Shown here piece after piece: positions 52,880 to 64,000 of a stretch of DNA of 64,000 nucleotides. The first letter of the stretch is position 1; each line of letters starts with the position of its first letter. This stretch comes from the human T2T-CHM13v2.0 reference genome, Homo sapiens: NCBI RefSeq assembly GCF_009914755.1, contig NC_060943.1, one strand, 5' to 3'. The notes beneath the pieces are model-generated. The model was given only the letters and a program-made list of their open reading frames with translations. It had not been told where the DNA came from and did not search any database. The position numbers and the translations under genes were made by a program.

Positions 52880-54420
52880 AGCATGGCAGCCGTGGTGCCA
52901 AGGCAGGAAGGAGGGTAGGGAGGCAAGCCAATGGGGTGCAGCGGCCTCCATGCCAGAAAATGGGGGCTCCCTGGATCATCTCCTCGGCGGGAGGGTGCAC
53001 GGGGACCAGGAGAGAGAACCAAAGGACCCCGCTGGAGGGGGGCTTGGAGCCTAGAGACAGTTGAGGGGGTACTGTCTTCCCCTCTCTCCTGGCCACGCTG
53101 CCCGGTCGGCCTTTTTCTCCCCTTTCCCTCCCCTTTTGCCCCCACCCCCGCCTGCCCCCCTCCAGGCCCCAGCGCCCCCCACTCCCAACCCCCCGGCCTG
53201 CTCTCCTGCCTCCCCCGTGCCACCTCCTTGGGCTGCGTTTCTCTTCCCTCCTCCGAGTTCCAGGCCATCCCCTCTCCCCCTCCCCAGCCCGCCCTCCTCC
53301 TTCTGACTGGCTCCCGCCTCCCTAACGCTCTCTCAGCCTCCCAGCCCCCTCCTCCCTCCCTCTCTCTCTCCCTCTCTCCCTTTCCTTCCTTCATCCCAGC
53401 CTCTCTTCCCACCTTCCCCAGCAGGAGAGAGGGGGCCGCGCTCCCCCCAGCCCCTCCCCCTCTCTCCCTGGGGCCGCCGCCATCTTGCAGGATGCTGGGG
53501 AGGGAGCCGCGTGCAGGCCATGGAAACAATGCATCTTTTATGAAGCGATCCCCGCTCCTCGCCTGGAAACCTTGCATTAATGCGGCATTGATTTCCCTCG
53601 TAATAGAGGGGGCTCTCCCGCGCCCCCAACCCGAGGGGCGCAAGAAGGGAGGGGGCCAGTTTCGGGGGCGAGGAGGGAAAAGTGGAGGGTGATGGAGTCA
53701 TCGCTCCGGGCTCCCAGCTCTGCAGCCGGCGCCCTCCCCGCGCCCCGCCTGGAGACCCCCACCCCACCCCGCAGGTGGAGGTTCCCAGAGTGGGGGAGGG
53801 GTTCCGGCGCGAGGCCCTCTAGTAACTTCTGGGCTGAGACCCAGCCACAGAGTCCCGGCCGATGGGATCCCCACCCCCCTATTCTCAGCCCTGGCATTGG
53901 CCAGAAAGGGCGCAGGAGACCCTCGGCTGCCCCTGGGGCCCGCTGTCTGCGGCCAGGTCCTCTGGGACACGTGTCCCCCCCTCCCCCCAGAACCCTCCGA
54001 GGTTCCCCAGCTCCTCCAAGCCCTGTTTCCTTCCCCTCTTCCATCTTGCCGCCTCACTCCCATCCTTACAGCTCCTGCCTTCCTCGTCCTCTCCTGGCTC
54101 CCCCCTTCCCCTTCCCTGCTGCCTGCCCCCTCCCTCCACACCCCCTTCCCTGCGTGCTAATGGCCCGGTGGCAGGCGGCTCCGTGGCTGTTTCCGGGGGA
54201 GGCGGGTTTGCAGCCAGGGGAGATGTTGGAGCGGTTTGAGGAAGAAGAATTATACATACATAAATCTGGGATAATGACGGTGTTGCTAATGGGGCGGGCG
54301 GCGGCAGCTCCCGGCAGTGCCCCCCCACAAACACACACCCCATCACACACACTCAGGGACCAGCCTGGCTTCCTGACGCGTTTGAGGGTCCGTGGGCCCC
54401 GATCATCTCCTTGACTGGCC
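52880..54420. promoter_or_regulatory. Distal CpG-rich island (orphan promoter or enhancer)
   Basis: Alu-free, GC/CpG-rich; YY1 motif GCCGCCATCTTG at 53476-53487, SOX-type AACAAT, and palindrome GCATTAATGC at 53574-53583. Confidence 0.65.
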
Positions 54421-54799
54421 CTGAAACATCCCTGCTGCAGATACGGGGTCCATGCTCATTTGTGACATCAATGAAACATCCCCCTCCAGCCCCCCAATTC
54501 AATTTGCGGCTTGCCACTTTGCTTGCCCTGTGGCCTAGGGGTGAGTAGTTACCCCAGCAGGACAGGTGTGTTCACTTGGGTCTTATTACCCCACCACCAG
54601 CCTGGACCCCCCACTCCTCTAGGTTTTCTGAGGTCACACCACCCACCACATGACATCTTTTGCATAACTGAAGGAAGGTCAGACGGATTTTCTTACCCTT
54701 TCTCCATTTCATAGCTGTGTGACCTTAGGCAAATTACTTAACCTCTCTGAGATTCAGTTCTCTCTACTTGTAATTTGGGAATAATTATGTTCAAAGAAC

Positions 54800-58365
<3,566 letters not shown>

Positions 58366-58699
58366 CAAAGAGAATGTCCCCTAGAGCCATGTGTGATCCA
58401 TACGCTTTGTGAATCCTGACACCTCCTCTCCTTCGAGGTTGTACAACTGTCTTCCAAAGTTGGAAAAAAAAAATGTTTAAAGCTGCCCAGATTCAGGAGG
58501 GAGGTCCAAGGGGTACCAGTGCCCTCCCCCATTTCCCAAGGACGACAAGGGTTGCCAGCCTCCCTTGGCCTTGGGGTGTGCGCAGCTCGGCGTGAGGGCC
58601 AGTGGTTGATCTTGAAGTTTCTTTCCTACTCCCTCATCCCTTTCCTGCCCAAGCTGTGGTCCCAGCTGACTCCCCTATCAGCGACTGCGAGTGAGTTCG

Positions 58700-58713
58700 G
58701 TTGTTATGGCAAC
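58700..58713. promoter_or_regulatory. RFX X-box-like GTTGTTATGGCAAC
   Basis: Two mismatches to the palindromic X-box, in a CpG-containing unique segment. Confidence 0.45.
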
Positions 58714-59205
58714 GGGGCTGCGGAGATCCCCGGGAACCTGCTGGTCCGCCTCATTGCCTCACCGTATGGGGAGCTGCTTTTCCCCCTTAAAAATGAAACG
58801 GGAGTGGGATGGGGGAGGAACCCCCTTCTTCTGCTCTGGAATGAAATGCCTCCCTCACCTGCTTTGTCCCAAACCCCCGGTTTGGAGAGGAGGGTCTGGA
58901 TGGGACCCAGACTGTGGATAAGGATGGAGGGAGGAGAACTCCTGCTCCCTGGGTTTTAGCAGCCTTCCCAGGTCCCACCGAACACGAGGAACACGGTCTT
59001 TCTCCAGCTCCAACTTTTCTCATCTGTCCATTCATTTTTTCCACAGGAGGCATGAGGAGGTGAGAGATGGAAAGAATGCTGCCTGTCATTTGGAGTCAGA
59101 AGGAAAAGAAGGTTGAGGGTCTGGCAGCTTTGCTCTAGTGGTTTTTTCCTGTTTCACCTTTTACAAAATCGAGATAATTGTTTCTACTTGGTAGCGATAT
59201 TGTGA

Positions 59206-59694
<489 letters not shown>

Positions 59695-60023
59695 TGATCC
59701 GCCCACCTCGGCCTCCCAAAGTGCTGGGATTACAGGCGTGAGCCACCACGCCTGGACAATTTTTTGTATTTTTAGTAGAGACGGGGTTTCACCATGTCAG
59801 CCAGGCTGGTCTCAAACTCCTGACCTCAGGTGATCCACCCGCCTCAGCCTCCCAAAGTGCTGGAATTACAGGCGTGAACCACCGTGCCCAGCAGGGAGAC
59901 CCTGTTTCTACAAGAAAAAATTTACTGTGATCCCAGCACTTTGGAAGGCCAAGGTGGGAGGATCACTTGAGCCTAGGAGTTCAAGTCCAGCCTGGGCAAC
60001 ATACATAGGGAGAACCCATCTCT

Positions 60024-60090
60024 TAAAAAAAGAAAAGAAGAAGAAAGAAGAAAGAAGAAGAAGAAGAAGAAGAAGAAGAAAGAAAAAGAA
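60024..60090 (+). repeat. (GAA)n/(GAAA) run at the end of an Alu left monomer
   Basis: Directly visible. Confidence 0.9.
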
Positions 60091-61029
60091 ATAATTACAT
60101 GTAACCCTACCAGCAGTTTTGTGGGATTGCTATGATCATACCCATTTCACAGATTAGGTAACTGAGGTTTTAGTGCCCTGGAGATGAAGGCATTCTCTAG
60201 TCTCCCAGAAGCCCTGGACTCTTGAACAACCCCAAATGCTAAACTCAGCAGTAAAATGGCTGGTGGCTCCTACCTGAGGGTTCACAGAGGGGCTGCCTGT
60301 GCTTGTCTCCCAGCCCTTTCTTCCTGTGTATTAAGAGGGTTGCAGCTACTTCAGGGCCAGCGTCTCCACAAGTCATCATGACGGCTTCCTGATCATGGCT
60401 CTCTCTCTCTCTTTTTTTTTTTTAAGACGAAGTCTCGCTCTGTCGCCCAGGCTGGAGTGCAGTGGCATGATCTCGGCTCACTGCAAGCTCCGCCTCCTGG
60501 GTTCACGCCATTCTCCTGCCTCAGCCTCCTGAGTAGCCAGGATTATAGGCCTGCGCCACTGTGGCCAGCTAGTTTTTTTGTATTTTTAGTAAAGATGGGG
60601 TTTCACTGTGTTGGTCAGGGTGGTCTCGAACTCCTGACCTCAAATGATCCACCTGCCTTGGCCTCCCAAAGTGTTGGGATTACAGGTGTGAGCCACTGCG
60701 CCTGGCCTGGAGATCTGTTTGTCATATTGGTGAACACTTTTAAACAACCAGATCTTGTGAGAACTCACTCACTATCACAAGCACAGCAAGGGAGGCCTCT
60801 GACCCCATGATCCAATCACCTCCCACCAGGCCCTTCCTCCAACACCAGGGATTACAATTCAACATAAGATTTGGGTGGGGGGGATACAAATCCAAACCAT
60901 ATCACAGGACCTGTGTTCCCACCTCCTAAACCTGGGTGGGACTTGTGACTGCTCCAACCAATGGAGTATGAAGGAATTGAGTCAATGAGGTTTTGAAGGT
61001 TGAGTCATAGAAGATGGCTTTCACCTGGC

Positions 61030-61232
61030 CTGTCTTTCTCCCTCTCTCTCTCTCTCTTTCTTCCCTCCCTCCCTCCCTCCCTCACTCCCTTCCTTCCTTC
61101 TTCCCTCCCTTCCTCACTTCCTCTCTCTCTCCCTCCCTCCCTCTCTCTTTCTCCCTTCCCTCGCCTCCCCTCGCCTCCCCTCCCCTCCTCTTCCTTTCTT
61201 CCTTTCTTCCCTGCTTGCTTGCTTGCTTGCTC
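61030..61232. repeat. Polypyrimidine (CT/CCT/CTTC) low-complexity tract
   Basis: Directly visible. Confidence 0.9.
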
Positions 61233-61370
61233 GCTCTGCTGCCCAGGCTGGAGTGCGGTGGTGCCATCATAGCTCACTGCAGCCTCAAACTCCTGGGCAC
61301 AAGTGATCCTCCCCAGCCTCCCCAGTGCCTGAGACTACAGGCACATGGTGCCTCATCTGCCTGATTTTTA

Positions 61371-61752
<382 letters not shown>

Positions 61753-61862
61753 TCAAATCCTGCCTCAGCCTCTAGAGTAGCTGGAATTGTAGGCAAGAGC
61801 CACTCTGTCTGGTGGTTTTTAACAGTTTTTTTTTTTTTTTTTTTTTAAGAGACAGGGTCTCA

Positions 61863-62138
<276 letters not shown>

Positions 62139-62499
62139 TCAAAAAAAAAAAAAAAAAGAGAGACAGGGTCTCAATTTATTGCGCAGGCTGGAGTGCAGTG
62201 GTGCAATCATAGCTGCAGTCATAGCTCACTACAGCCTCAAACTCCTGGGCTCAAGGATCCTCCCAGCTCTTCTAAAATATTAGCCGGAGGGTGGGTAGCA
62301 TGTACCAACTCTTGGGCTTAGTAATCCTCCTGCCTCAGACTTCCAAATCGCTGGGATTACAGGTGTGAACCACTGCACCTGGCCCTCTTGTTTCTAAGGA
62401 TATCAGTCATTGGATTTAGGGCCTACCCTAAAATCCAAGATGTTCTGATAGTGAGATCTTTAACTTAATTCCATCTGCAAAGACCCTATTTCCAAATAA

Positions 62500-62760
<261 letters not shown>

Positions 62761-62863
62761 TAGTAGAGATGAGGTTTCATCATGTTAGCCAGGATGGTCT
62801 CGATCTCCTGACCTCGTGATCCGCCTGCCTCGGCCTCCCAAAGTGCTGGGATTACAGGCGTGA

Positions 62864-63498
<635 letters not shown>

Positions 63499-63647
63499 TG
63501 ATTGATGAACCGTACATTGTTGCCAACTCTTTGTTCTTTCCTAGTTTTTTGTCTGCACTGTATTGTACTGGAGAACAAATATTTCTCCAAGAAGTGTTCC
63601 CACTGGTGGAAGGACAGGCTGGTTTTTGGTTTTTGGGTGTTTTTTGA

Positions 63648-63998
<351 letters not shown>

Positions 63999-64000
63999 GG

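Noticed and set aside
52546-54414. 365-, 253- and 241-aa ORFs in the distal island
   Set aside because: Same GC-rich artefact; no domain or exon structure.

Overview
Primate (almost certainly human) genomic DNA, GC-rich and extremely Alu-dense, in the style of chr19p13. No protein-coding exon can be supported. The minus strand at about 10652-10880 matches my recollection of the non-coding first exon (5' UTR) of ADGRL1/LPHN1 (latrophilin-1). It lies in a large CpG island and ends at a consensus CAG|GTGAGT donor. On that reading, bases 1-10651 are intron 1 and everything above about 10.9 kb is upstream or intergenic. The rest is mostly interspersed repeats (Alu, L1/L2, MIR, MLT/MST LTRs, MER2/MER20/MER58/Tigger2), one 7SL retropseudogene, a ~1.5 kb AT-rich quasi-palindromic array, a CT-rich minisatellite, two more CpG-rich islands (~14.1-14.5 kb and ~52.9-54.4 kb), and several Alu-free blocks that look like enhancers. 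The most notable observations are: (1) a candidate alternative first exon with tandem YY1 sites, a GA/CT microsatellite and a uORF in the same splice phase as a uORF in the main exon 1; (2) a multi-switch, inverted templated insertion in the 3' end of the 7SL pseudogene; (3) co-oriented CTCF, RFX and RE1-like motifs in intron 1. I found no convincing wholly new biological system. Gene identity and repeat family names come from memory, not from a database search.
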